The notes under the pieces were generated by a model that was not told where the DNA came from, did not search any database, and saw nothing but the letters and a program-made list of their open reading frames with translations. The translations under genes were made by a program, and so were the position numbers. A stretch of 63,740 nucleotides of DNA, the filler included, from Salisapilia sapeloensis CBS 127946 (taxonomy: Eukaryota > Protista > Oomycota), in assembly GCA_023334545.1 (NCBI GenBank). It is 7 parts of 7 records of this genome, joined end to end, with 100 filler letters (N's around TTAATTAATTAA, not from the genome) between each part and the next. Parts side by side here need not be neighbours in the genome. Positions count along the whole stretch, not along the records: positions 49,036 to 58,330 come from JAADVB010000469.1; positions 58,431 to 59,753 come from JAADVB010001200.1; 5 more parts are not named here. The stretch is one strand, 5' to 3'. The stretch's first letter is position 1; every line of letters starts with the position of its first letter. Below are positions 49,036 through 59,853 of this stretch, one piece after another.

Positions 49036-49173
49036 ACTCAGCAAGCACTCTTTCTTTACCATTGAAACATCAACGTCGACTACGGGTGACGAGACTTTAA
49101 AAGCGAAGATGGAGAAGCGAATGCACCGACTCGACCGATTACGAAAGCAAAAGCTAGAGCAAATCACCAGCGG
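49036..49173 (+). CDS. Possible exon fragment of a gene broken by the contig edge
   Basis: Open frame SKHSFFTIETSTSTTGDETLKAKMEKRMHRLDRLRKQKLEQITS ending at a GTAAAT donor. No family recognised. Confidence 0.3.
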
Positions 49174-49460
49174 TAAATATCGGATAGATTTTTTGTGGTT
49201 CTAAGGATTCATCTTGGAAATGTTTTCAGTTTTCCCTTGCTCTGCATGACATGCTTGCATAACTTTTAGGCGAGCTTGATGCCTTGATGAAAATATGAAA
49301 CAGCCAGTCGCAATACCCAATCCAAAATATACATGGTGGTCATTCCATGCGATTGTGATGGCAAAGTAAAGCAAAACGGACATCAGACTAAAAGACACGC
49401 CAATTAGTATGGGTCACTCGATAACTATCACTTTCCAAACCAACTCACCACGGTTGCGCC

Positions 49461-50070
49461 ATGAAGGTCATTAGACTTTTAATCTTTAATATTCTTGCGC
49501 AAGCTTCAAGTTGTCTGGTGTCTGCTCATAATGGTCTAACTTCATTTGGTTGAGTGGTTCAAATCGAAACTAACTCCCTTCATAACAGAAACTAGTGCAT
49601 CAGCCTCTGCATTAGATGACATAGAAGCCCCATTGGAAGAAGCAGAAGACATAAAAGTATCGGCCATCGGTCAGCTAGAGCTTACCGAAACTGAAGACAA
49701 CGAGGATGAAGATATTGGCGCTGAGATCGAGGCAGAGGTTAAAACAGTGGATATTGCAGGTGGCCTGCAACTAAAACTAGCCATGCCGTATAGCTCTTGC
49801 GGTGGAAAAGAGTTCGATTATACCTCGTATGTTTCAAAAGAAGGATATGAGCCTGCTGGAAACACAAAGCTTTCCTGTGTTCCTGGTTACACGTGTACGG
49901 TTGTCAACGAGTACTACTTTCAGTGCAAACCTGTCATCTACGGAGACAAGTATGTTCGCGTCTGGGGACAATGCGGTGGTGTCACTTACACTGGAAACAC
50001 AAAATGTCAGCCTGGGACCGAGTGCGTGGTGTTTGACCCATGGTACTCGCAGTGTCTCGCAACGTATTAA
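49461..50070 (+). CDS. Probable secreted protein with an acidic spacer and two CBM1-type (cellulose-binding) modules
   Basis: C-terminal [32 protein letters not shown] and an upstream CGG...C...C...YYFQC module. The signal-peptide-like exon [22 protein letters not shown] joins in frame through an inferred intron at 49534-49588 (weak GTCTAA donor, ACTAAC branch). Confidence 0.75.
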
Positions 50071-50147
50071 TACATACAAAAGCAGATAAAGAAATCATTA
50101 TCGTTTGTTCAACTTCACTTGTTTGTTTAGAAAGTTAAAGTAGTTTT

Positions 50148-50864
50148 CTACGCGAAAGGATCATTGTTCTTGTCTTCGTTGGGAATGTGCTCGATGTACT
50201 TTGCCATCGTCTTTGCAATTTCGCTTCCATACATATACTTCATGAATGCGTAAGCCATGTCCATTCCGGCGCTTACACCAGAGGCAGTCCATAGTTTCTT
50301 TCGGCCGTGCTCATCTCCTTCCTCCGGTTCTGTCCAGCGTGCCCGACGAACCCATTGGACTTGCTTGTGCGTCGAAGCCACTTGATCGAAAGCAAGCTTG
50401 TTTGTCGTCACTTGCTTGCCATCCAGATACCCCGTATCTGCCAGTATAGCCGATCCTGTACACACAGTTAGGACATAACTGGAGGCTTCCACTGCCTCTC
50501 GAAGGTATTTAAGGAACTTTTCATAATGCTCAGGATCTTCAGCGAGCTTACGACGGCCAGTTCCTCCTGGAATGAGCAGTATATCGAACTTGGTGGGGGC
50601 GGAGGAGTAGTTTGTCGTAGCGTACAAGGGGAAGCCTTTGGGTCGACTTGGGTCATTGATATCTCCGACTGGGTTTGTTCCCAAAGATCCGTAGACCGGA
50701 GCTCCCTTGTCATCATGCTCTCGGTTCGCAGAGATGGTGGTAAACTTGATCGGTTTCTTGACCAAAGGGGGGATCAGCTGAAGATACGATGTAGTGCCGA
50801 TAAAGTCGAGCGGCATCGCGCCTTCGAACACAATAACACCAACTTTCAAGGTAGACTCTGACAT
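50148..50864 (-). CDS. DJ-1/PfpI family protein, isocyanide hydratase (InhA)-like subtype
   Basis: VGVIVFEGAMPLDFIG, DILLIPGG, nucleophile elbow TVCTGS, SGVSAGMD and C-terminal DPFA. Confidence 0.9.
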   Translation of the reverse strand: MSESTLKVGVIVFEGAMPLDFIGTTSYLQLIPPLVKKPIKFTTISANREHDDKGAPVYGSLGTNPVGDINDPSRPKGFPLYATTNYSSAPTKFDILLIPGGTGRRKLAEDPEHYEKFLKYLREAVEASSYVLTVCTGSAILADTGYLDGKQVTTNKLAFDQVASTHKQVQWVRRARWTEPEEGDEHGRKKLWTASGVSAGMDMAYAFMKYMYGSEIAKTMAKYIEHIPNEDKNNDPFA

Positions 50865-51338
50865 CTTGAAGATAACTAAATGGGTGTCCAACTCGTGTGG
50901 AGTAAAAAGCTAAATGATGGGATGTGTTCAAGTTGAAATTACGGGATCAGTTGCCTCTCGTGAACAACAAGAAGAGTCTTGTGGCTGGAAACGTTGCGTA
51001 TCTCGTTTGCTCTATTCTTGTGGCACGATACACATCAACTTTCTCGAGAGCATCTACGCGCTGGCCACTTGTGTTAAATCGAAAAATATCTCATGAGATT
51101 AAATCTATTGAGGTTTCCGGCATTCACCGCTTTCGGTCTTGGCCGATGCACAGACTTTTACTTATGAACTTGTTCTGCGTACTTTTATGGTTGTAAAGCC
51201 AACAAATCGCTGCTATGGACTGGAAGAGTAATTCGCCCGATGTCCAAACTCTTATCCGGTATAACTCACAGCCTTTTTCTGTACTCACATGGCTTCACTC
51301 GAGAGATCCGGACAAAGTGTCAGTAAACGAGCGTTCGG

Positions 51339-51827
51339 ATGATGGAACAGCTTATTTGCCTGCGTGTCCTGCTGCACAAGTGCGAGGGCCTCGTGTCCAA
51401 GAGTTCATGCGTGACATTGGCGACGAGCATACATCCAGATATGGTCCAGCGTAGCCCTACGAAAAACACCGCTAGTCCGGTATGGGATCCGCCACAGCGG
51501 TTTGTCTTTGACTTGGAAGAGTGGGAAAACGAGTTTCTCTCCGTGCAGATTTACGATTCAGGGAATGGAAAGAAGGACTGCATCATTGGCTCCGCAGTCA
51601 TCCCTCTCATGCTTTTCGCGGGTGGCAGACACACTGGCGAACACCGGTATCCTCTCGTGGTACCGGACCAGTTCATTGGCACCGAAAGTCGGAGCGATAT
51701 TTTCATGGACATTTCGCTCACAGACGTGGATGGACTGCCAGTAGACTTTGCGTATGAAAGCGAAGAGGAAGGAGACATTGGGAATGAAAGCGATGGGAGC
51801 GATTTCGACGATGACAACTGGATATAG
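51339..51827 (+). CDS. Small stand-alone C2-domain protein with an acidic tail
   Basis: LRVLLHKCEGL, QRSPTKNTASPVW, FVFD and LSVQIYD...DCIIGSAVIPL. Confidence 0.82.
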   Translation: MMEQLICLRVLLHKCEGLVSKSSCVTLATSIHPDMVQRSPTKNTASPVWDPPQRFVFDLEEWENEFLSVQIYDSGNGKKDCIIGSAVIPLMLFAGGRHTGEHRYPLVVPDQFIGTESRSDIFMDISLTDVDGLPVDFAYESEEEGDIGNESDGSDFDDDNWI

Positions 51828-53462
51828 AACTGGCAGAGTAAATTATGGAAAAAGAAAGGAGCTCCACTTCTGTGTACAAGATCGTGCTTTGTTTCATTAA
51901 TTTGCTTTCTGGTTCTACCGATCTGCTGATATTTCTCTCCGGCTACCTCTTTCTTACCATAAGAATCTCTATGCTATGGGATTGAACGACTTTATCAATG
52001 ATTGATACAGTTTTTGCACGATTGACTCCTGTTCAAGTTGCTTGAAGACTATTCACACCTTTTCTATTGTCCTTGGCAGTTCATTATACCGAAAAAGTGT
52101 AGTGTGGACAATAAAGAAAAAGGTATAAATCTTGTGTTTGGGAGACACTATCATAAAGTGAACTAGGGTACTTCACCAAGCACTTTCACAGCGCCACCTT
52201 ATCATTACATTCGTGTTGCAAAACCTATTCCCACATTTTCATACCTGATCATTTAAGTAACCAGTGACAACTTTTATAGGTGATGCTGAAAGAGATCAAA
52301 TTGTGTGCGAGGTGTATGTACTGGTGACAAGACAAAAGGCGCGACAATCTCTTCGTTTTATCATCAAAAGATCCCATTATTTTCCAGGAATACAGTGCGA
52401 TGAGCTTAGGTGCGCTGTTGAAAATATGTGGGCATACCTGAGTTTCCACTAGATGGATAGATACTTGCAAGACTTCTAATGTGTTGTCATCTTGGTACGA
52501 GTGAGTAGCTGAGCAACTTTCGCCAGAGCGCTCCTAAGGATAGCTTTCTAACATATCAACGATATCTAAATATACAAGACCGTCTAAGCTTGACAGTAAT
52601 GTCGCTATAACGGTATATGCGATTTCAAATGATCAAAAAGCTCTTATTCATCTGTATTGAGATATTTATCGTAATAGGTAACCACATCATTATTTCATTC
52701 GGAGCATCCTAGATAGTTTACTGGCGATAATATAGCATAGCATCGATGATCTCTTGCTCTCGGCTACATTTTCGTTGCCAAAAGAGAAAGCACACGAGAA
52801 AATAGTGTAGTCATTTTTGTAAAGCATATCACTTTGCCTTCTGGTCAATTTTACACGTGTACGCAACTGCAATAAAGGAGATCCTTTAAATGCAGCCCGT
52901 CTATTTAACGCCTCAAAGAATATCATATCTCTTTTAGGTACACGACATCTGAAATCACTCAAGCTGCCAAACCTGACGAGCGATAGCAAAGACTGAAACA
53001 AGAGAATATTTGGAACATGCAGAGGAATTATGCCTACACTATGCTACAGACTAAAACTTTGGAAAACTTTAGATGGAGCTCCTTGCCTTGCGTTTTGAGC
53101 AAGTTTACTCGTATCATAGGACACTGAAAGCCGGCATCCATTTTAAGAGGTTGAAGTTGGCTTCAACAAAACTTCAACATGGATGAGCTACTTAGCGTGC
53201 ACCAAATATAATTACTTGCATTCGTATATCCAAAAGCGACGCTAGGTTTCTACTTTTCTGCTCTGTGTTTAATAGCACATAAACTAATCATTTTGAATAC
53301 CAGCCTAGACAATATTATAGGCAAGAAATATGTTTTAGCTCGTAGATATTGGCGCTTGTATTCTGGTAGGAAGCGTATTGTAATATTCCACGCTATCAGC
53401 AGGACCTCTTTTAATTTATGTAGTCAAGTTTAGCGCTAACGTTTTGAATGCATACAAGAAGG

Positions 53463-53785
53463 GATATGTGTCTTGTTCATGTAGCACGTGTGTGATCTAG
53501 GTTTCCACTGCTGTCGTTCTCACGTCTACATCCAACAGAACAAGTCGCATAAAACCACTTTCCTGGTGGCTATTCCAGTGAAGGACTGTAACGCACGAAA
53601 GGTGCCCAGGACCGAAGCTCATATTTCAGATACTAGTAACCTGCCTGTCAAAAGGGCGTAAACAACAACAAAGCGACACACATGTCAGAACACAATACCG
53701 CTATACCTATTCAAATGTGTAAGGATGATGTACTACGTCCTGGTGGAAACCTAGAGCACTTTGGCTTGCACTGCATCCACATATC
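53463..53785. repeat. Degenerate inverted repeat, possibly a relic non-autonomous DNA transposon
   Basis: GATATGTG (53463-53470) and TCTAGGTTTCCAC (53496-53508) recur as exact reverse complements at 53778-53785 and 53743-53755 with similar spacing. Confidence 0.35.
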
Positions 53786-56052
53786 GATCTAGTAGGTTGC
53801 ATCTACTACATAAAACTAAGCAGTTTCTACCTACTTCTACAAAAAATGATACAGAAGGAATGATGCACATTATTGCTGAAGTATTGGCATCCTTGCCATG
53901 ATCCTTAAAGTACTCTACGTTATAATATCGGATTGTGAACTGGTCTTCTATTGCAGTAGCAGTTCATAGGTCAAATTCGGTTAGATGTTTTGTCGGACGA
54001 TGCTCATTGTGATAATTACCCATTCGATGAACCTTAACTTCTCTGTTCTGCTGGCCACGAGGCAAAATCCGACGGAACCAAAAGCGCTACGTTTCAAATC
54101 ACGCCTGAGCTTGAATATCACATCGTCCTTATTATGCTTGCTGCCGTTGGTACCAACATGGCTAACGTGACTGCCAGCTTGTACATGTCCGAGCTTGTTC
54201 CACGGGAGCTGGTGAGAATGTGCGAGGAACTTTAGTTCACCATCTTCATCACCTAAAAAACAGCCCAGTCGATTGTTAACCACCTCAGTAACTTCATTTT
54301 CAACCGTGAGGAATATTGTGTATGCTTTAGCTCTGCGCTGATCTTTTTATATACCACGCAGTTTATTGCCTGTTGCCTCGTTCATGCTATTCCAGAAACT
54401 TGGCACTTTATGTCAGAAGACAACCATGAGAGGACCCGGCTCAAGGAACACATACAAGACTCGCGACGAATGGCCAAATTGTGTGCAATGTACCGAATCG
54501 TCTTCTATAACTTCTGCTGCAAGTTCGCATCCACGACGTCAACTCCTGTGCATCTTCACATGATTGATGTGACGCCGGTCAACAACACGATCGCTGCTGT
54601 TCTTGGTCAAAGGACTTTTATGCTGAGTAACATGGCGACAAGCCGATAGGGATTGCATTGGAACTGGCACGCCGTTGCGTTGATGAGTGATGTGATCGCC
54701 ATCCCCATCGGCTCTATGGTAACCCTGTTGTCTGTCTGAGATGTTATCTGCAACCAGTGGTACTGGCTCGACTCATTGATGGTCGCCAAAATGCTATAAG
54801 GTTTGCATTTCATCATCATTGCCTGTATTACGATCTAGCTGGACGAAGATGGAAACGAAGCAACGGTCTATCACTTGATATTTACAATCTACAACCCTGC
54901 ATAGTCGTTTTCTTACATCAAGTGCGTCTCGGTAATGGGCAATGGAGTGCATTGGACGAAGATATTGTGAATGGCATGCGTGAGGTCTGACTTGATAAGA
55001 CTCGTCCGGCGATGCTGATGTATAGCCTGCAACTCGTGCTATAGGTCTTCTTGAATACTCTTCCGCGCCAAATGAAGAGGTGCAGGAACTGAATTGCCGA
55101 AATGACATGAGCTTCCGGATATAATGCGACATTCTGTTCTGCATGGTATATACGTTTGTGAAGTCCAACACAGCCAGTCTCATGGGCAATTTCTCGGAAA
55201 CGGGCTGCGTGGTCAATACCGGCGGCACGGGTTGCAAAGTACAATTTGATTTATTAACCATCCATGTGGATGGTCGACGTATCTGTTGGGTACAAGGAAA
55301 CGAAGTAGAGAAAATGCAAATAAAGTCTTTCGGTGTGCATTGTCCACGAGCTACTGGTTTTCGGATCTACATCCGACTGAATGGCGTACCTGTGTAAAGA
55401 GCAGGATTTCAAGTAGATGTTGCTCAAGGATACCGAATAGAGTGCATCCTGGCGCAATGTAACATGGGATTTTCAAGAAGCTGACAGAGTTACATTGTGG
55501 GTTTAGTGGATTCTCGATCACCTAGCTGCTTCGATGGTAGTCTACTAGAGTGCTTTTCCACCCTACACAACCAGACGATTGATCGTGGTCAAGCAATCTG
55601 TCATGTGACGTCCTCGGACATCTCCCTGTCCGCAACAAATTAAATGGTTCCGCCTTGACTTGCCAAATCGGACGCTGGTCATCGAACTTTTTGTATCTCC
55701 TCGTTGTCACGTTGCGACGAGGAGGTGCCGTCATCCATCCGAACTGCTGTAAGTCCAGTTTCATACGATAGCCCCCTTTGTTTTCCCTCGACCGTAGCGG
55801 GAATCAAGCGTATTCAAGGCCCTAGCAGCAGCTATAACACGTCGCAGCCATCACGAGTTGCCTATTCGCTGCTTAGTTACCTGCGGTCGCACTTACGGAT
55901 CAGACACCTGCCGATCCCCTCTTGAGCATTAAGTATCACGTAGCAGTCATTCTTTGTTTCCCGTCATTGCAAGCTTATTAAGGTCACCAAGAGATAGGAC
56001 ACAGATTCACTAGACAGTGCCCCCTCTATTGCATCGAACCGACCTAGTCAAG

Positions 56053-58104
56053 ATGATGACTACAAACGTGAATATGATGGCGGCGCACCACGACATGATC
56101 CGTGCCGCCGAAAAGGATCAAGAACCCGACTTGAAAACGTACATCGGAATAGCCCAGCAGCTCCAAAACTCGGAGCTGAACCGGACACAGTCATCCAAGG
56201 TTACGGGAGAAGCGCCCAACCCGCAACTACTGGACAAGCTCCGACTGAGTGCGTCCGACCTCGCACAGCTCGCCGTTACGACCCACGGCTGGCGATTTCT
56301 AAATGAAAAAAATAACACTATGGTCTACGAACTAGCCTCGGCGCAGTTCCTACCGACTACTGTCTCCACCGTTGGCGAGTTTGGCCGCACGGCTGGCAAG
56401 CGGGAGAACTACTACCTCGTACGTGGCGTAACGACGGTACACACGAGTCCGGAAGAGTTCTTGCGTCTGCTCGACACGCGAGTGACGGAAGAGTTCCACA
56501 CGCGCATGGACCAAATCTTCGGCACGAACTACCTTCGAGGCGTCACTCTAAACCGACTCACGTGCACGACACCTCGTAGCTGCAACACTGACGAGTACGA
56601 TGAAGATGATGCGTACAGTGCCAATTGGATGGTCCTGGCACCCTTCAGTGCCGGTGCAACGCCCAAAGACACGACCTTTGCGTCTTACCAGGACGCATTC
56701 TATCGGGACGAGACCCAGCTACGTCGTGTCGGGCGCTCGGAGCTTCGCAACCGTCCGCAATCATCCTCGAATGCTAACACCAACAATGGCACCGGACGGT
56801 ACATTGGCGTCCACACACTGACGTCGGTCCTCTTTCGTGACATGCCAGAGCACGACCGGAAGGTGAATCTAGATCGCATCCACTTCCGAGACTCTGGCTT
56901 TGTCATCGAAGAGACACAAGACCCGAACGCTTGCCGCGTCTCTCTCTACATCTCGCTACTACCAACGAAGAGCATGATCAAGAACACGAAAAAGTACCAA
57001 AAGTGGGTCCAGCAACTCGTGACGGTGGTTGGCAACATTGGTCAGCTGCTCAAGCCAGAGATGTCGCTGTCGTTCGTGCCTCGGAGCAAGTGGCGGAACG
57101 CTGACCATTGCGCAATGTGCCTCAAGATCTTCCGAGCCTTTCGACGAAAGCACCATTGCCGCTTCTGTGGCGAGACCGTGTGCCATGCCTGCTCCGGGTT
57201 CGTCAATCTGGAAGGGTACGAGGTCGTATCCACCGGCGAGACGATGGTCCTGTCCAACGCGTCGTCGATTCGGTATCGTGAGAGCGGCGCGAGTGAGTCT
57301 CGGTCCGTGTCGTCGGAAGAGTACGAGGATCTGAGTCATACGAGAGGGTGCAGTCTTTGCGTCCAGGAAGTCCTCTTCGACATGGCGCAAGGGGGCTCGA
57401 GTCAGTCCGGCAGCATCACCACCTCTAACTATGAACGGAAGCAGACGAGCCACTTGGGTTCCTTTGACCTCGAGCTGTCGAATAACTCGATGCCTGAGCC
57501 TGAATTGACGGCAGAACGTCGTACGTCTAACCTGAGTGGCTTTAGTATTAAGCAGAAGAGCTTAGGCCAGACGCCGAATGAGAACAGCATCTCCACCGCC
57601 GCATCCTCCTACTCTCGCACGTCTCACGACGACAATCGACCGCTATTCGCGAGAGGGAACAGCAGGAGCAACCATAGTCTCCTTCGTGACGCACAGCCAC
57701 AACGGGAGCCTGAGAACTACAGTGACAGCGACAGCGACGACATGGAGTCCAGGTCCTTTGCTGGGGACTTGTTAATGGATCCGGATGTTAATGGCTTCCA
57801 CGCTCTCAACCTTGGAAAGAGTGAGCAGGATTCAATGAAAAAGACAGGGGCACGAGACGGCAGCTTCCACTTTTCTCTCATGAATGCAGTTGGGGAGGAA
57901 CCAGTGGAGAAAGTAGAAGCGAAACCGACTCCACTTGCGTCGTTAGAGGAGGACAAGACGCCCAAGAACGACATGATTCCGCTGAACATCGGCTCCACGA
58001 AGCAGGAGTTTGTCGTGTTCTCCGACTCGAGGAGATCGTCGATCGTGATGCGACCGGAAGACGGACGAGACATGATTCCGTTGGACTTGAGTGGAAACTA
58101 TTGA
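56053..58104 (+). CDS. START-like domain plus canonical FYVE finger protein (start codon uncertain)
   Basis: WRFLNEKNNTMVYE, YIGVHTLTSV and RIHFRDSGFVIEE, then CAMC...FRRKHHCRFCGETVCHAC...CSLC. Confidence 0.88.
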   Translation: MMTTNVNMMAAHHDMIRAAEKDQEPDLKTYIGIAQQLQNSELNRTQSSKVTGEAPNPQLLDKLRLSASDLAQLAVTTHGWRFLNEKNNTMVYELASAQFLPTTVSTVGEFGRTAGKRENYYLVRGVTTVHTSPEEFLRLLDTRVTEEFHTRMDQIFGTNYLRGVTLNRLTCTTPRSCNTDEYDEDDAYSANWMVLAPFSAGATPKDTTFASYQDAFYRDETQLRRVGRSELRNRPQSSSNANTNNGTGRYIGVHTLTSVLFRDMPEHDRKVNLDRIHFRDSGFVIEETQDPNACRVSLYISLLPTKSMIKNTKKYQKWVQQLVTVVGNIGQLLKPEMSLSFVPRSKWRNADHCAMCLKIFRAFRRKHHCRFCGETVCHACSGFVNLEGYEVVSTGETMVLSNASSIRYRESGASESRSVSSEEYEDLSHTRGCSLCVQEVLFDMAQGGSSQSGSITTSNYERKQTSHLGSFDLELSNNSMPEPELTAERRTSNLSGFSIKQKSLGQTPNENSISTAASSYSRTSHDDNRPLFARGNSRSNHSLLRDAQPQREPENYSDSDSDDMESRSFAGDLLMDPDVNGFHALNLGKSEQDSMKKTGARDGSFHFSLMNAVGEEPVEKVEAKPTPLASLEEDKTPKNDMIPLNIGSTKQEFVVFSDSRRSSIVMRPEDGRDMIPLDLSGNY

Positions 58105-58189
58105 TGATGACGTTCTAGCTTTGAAAATTCCTGGAGTTGCAATTGAAATAAACATCGTTCTGTGTCCACTGCAGTAAGTTTGCGTAGTC

Positions 58190-58330
58190 TTAAAATCGGC
58201 GTTCGTGCGTCTTGGGTGCGGTGGGCAGGACGCGTAGGAGGCTGAAGAGGAGCGTCCACTCAAATGCAAAGGTGACGGTCTGGATGCCAACGACGTCGAG
58301 GAAGCTCCACTCCTCGAGCGAGAAGGCGCT
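58190..58330 (-). CDS. 3' fragment of an unknown membrane protein (5' part beyond the contig edge)
   Basis: Open frame SAFSLEEWSFLDVVGIQTVTFAFEWTLLFSLLRVLPTAPKTHERRF* with coding-like codon usage. Confidence 0.5.
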   Translation of the reverse strand, partial: SAFSLEEWSFLDVVGIQTVTFAFEWTLLFSLLRVLPTAPKTHERRF

Positions 58331-58430
58331 NNNNNNNNNNNNNNNNNNNNNNNNNNNNNNNNNNNNNNNNNNNNTTAATTAATTAANNNNNNNNNNNNNN
58401 NNNNNNNNNNNNNNNNNNNNNNNNNNNNNN
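58331..58430. other. Artificial contig spacer
   Basis: 44 N + TTAATTAATTAA + 44 N. Confidence 0.99.
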
Positions 58431-58891
58431 GGCAAGAGATCCGGGCTGGACGGTACGAAGAAAACAGCAGTGGATCTACCATCGTTGAACCGCCCAGAAT
58501 TTCTCAGCTAGCGGAAGAATGCAATGCCTGGTCTGGAAGAGAATCCTGCGCTGGCGAAATCTACGAATTTGACTTAGATCAGCGTAGCCCTTCGACGGAA
58601 AGTTCACTGAGCGCGTTTGCTCAATTCACGTGCGTCGGTGATGACACCCCGATCATTGAGTCGAAAGGGCAGTCCTCAGATGAAGGTTCGATCATGCGAG
58701 GCGCCTCGACTGATTCGGAGGAATGGGACATGATTATTGAAAATGTATGGAGGAGTAGCTCTATGGAACTTGATCTAAAGGAGCAAGAGCGTGATCGGCA
58801 GCTGGCGTGGCTAAAAATGACTGAACTGCGACTCCGCCAGGATGAGGTAACCACTGTGGGATGGAGGGCAGAAGAGAATCGTGATGATTGA
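58431..58891 (+). CDS. 3' fragment of a paralog of the 42576-44141 START/FYVE gene
   Basis: QEIRAGRYEE...SCAGEIYEF...SLSAFAQ...SDEGS...IENVWR...EQERDRQLAWLKMTELRL aligns co-linearly with QQIRAGRYEE...SCAGEVYEF...SLSAYAQ...SDEGS...IENAWR...DQERDRQLAWLEMTKLRL. Confidence 0.88.
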
Positions 58892-59753
58892 ATGAAAAAT
58901 ATTGCGAATTGCGAATTCATTCCATCCTTAAGAGTAGAAATGAAAGTATATTCGAAAGTTTGAAAGCCTGCGACCGTTCCTACTCCGTCTCTTCACCCAT
59001 CTCGTGCTCTGCAAATGCATCCGTTTTGAAACGTCGCTGCCTGCACCGTCCTGTACTTCAGATGTACTAGGTAGAATGTCACTTCAACTTGCACTTCAAC
59101 CTGCGCTCTAACTTCAACATATCCTTGGTCTTGGAGCTCATACTTCACCTTACTGCCCCAAAGGATACGTTGCGTTGATCTATACTTGACTAAAATATTA
59201 GAGAAGCTTCCTGTCCGTAGTGTCGTTCAGTGTAACGGGCTTCTACCGTTACTTTAGGCTAGCGCTACTTCATTTCTACTTTGGCTCTTTGTTGGTACAT
59301 TTTTAGATGACCTACGTCCTTCCTAGATATCACACGATGGCAGATTTAGATTTAGGAAGATGCGCAAAGTAGGATCAGTCTAAAGTACCAATATATGCTC
59401 ATTTCTAGCTTTAAAACGCCTTCCCCACAACGCACGTTTAAGCCTTTTGTAACGGGAAGTTACATGGATGTATCCCAAGCCGGGGTAACATTCCGGATCT
59501 TGAAGTGGGGCCTTGTATTAGAGCATGTGATGCAAACACAATGGTACAAGGAACATGAATGGTCGTTAGACCTTTCCATACTAAGATGGAGATTAAGGAG
59601 ATCGTATTAGGATTTAGTATCGGTCTGGTGAGAAAACTAGGCCGTTTTTGACTTTGCTTTCACATTTGTCGGAAAGAAGACGACAATTCATCCGTGATGA
59701 CAAAAATCCAGACTCCGAGAAGTTGATCTGACGGAGGTACAGGTCGGCAAAGA

Positions 59754-59853
59754 NNNNNNNNNNNNNNNNNNNNNNNNNNNNNNNNNNNNNNNNNNNNTTA
59801 ATTAATTAANNNNNNNNNNNNNNNNNNNNNNNNNNNNNNNNNNNNNNNNNNNN
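59754..59853. other. Artificial contig spacer
   Basis: 44 N + TTAATTAATTAA + 44 N. Confidence 0.99.

Noticed and set aside
52264-52452. ENMWAYL resembling the Tc1/IS630 transposase PIENxW motif
   Set aside because: No SPDLN and no Asp at the D34/35E spacing.
54300-55500. Fragments faintly like pogo-type DDE transposase (LVDNAH...FLVPN)
   Set aside because: Spread over different frames with stops; too weak to call without a profile search.
59081-59118. ACTTCAAC three times, with similar words forming a small hairpin at 53150-53178
   Set aside because: Short low-complexity words with no spacer/repeat regularity; not CRISPR-like.
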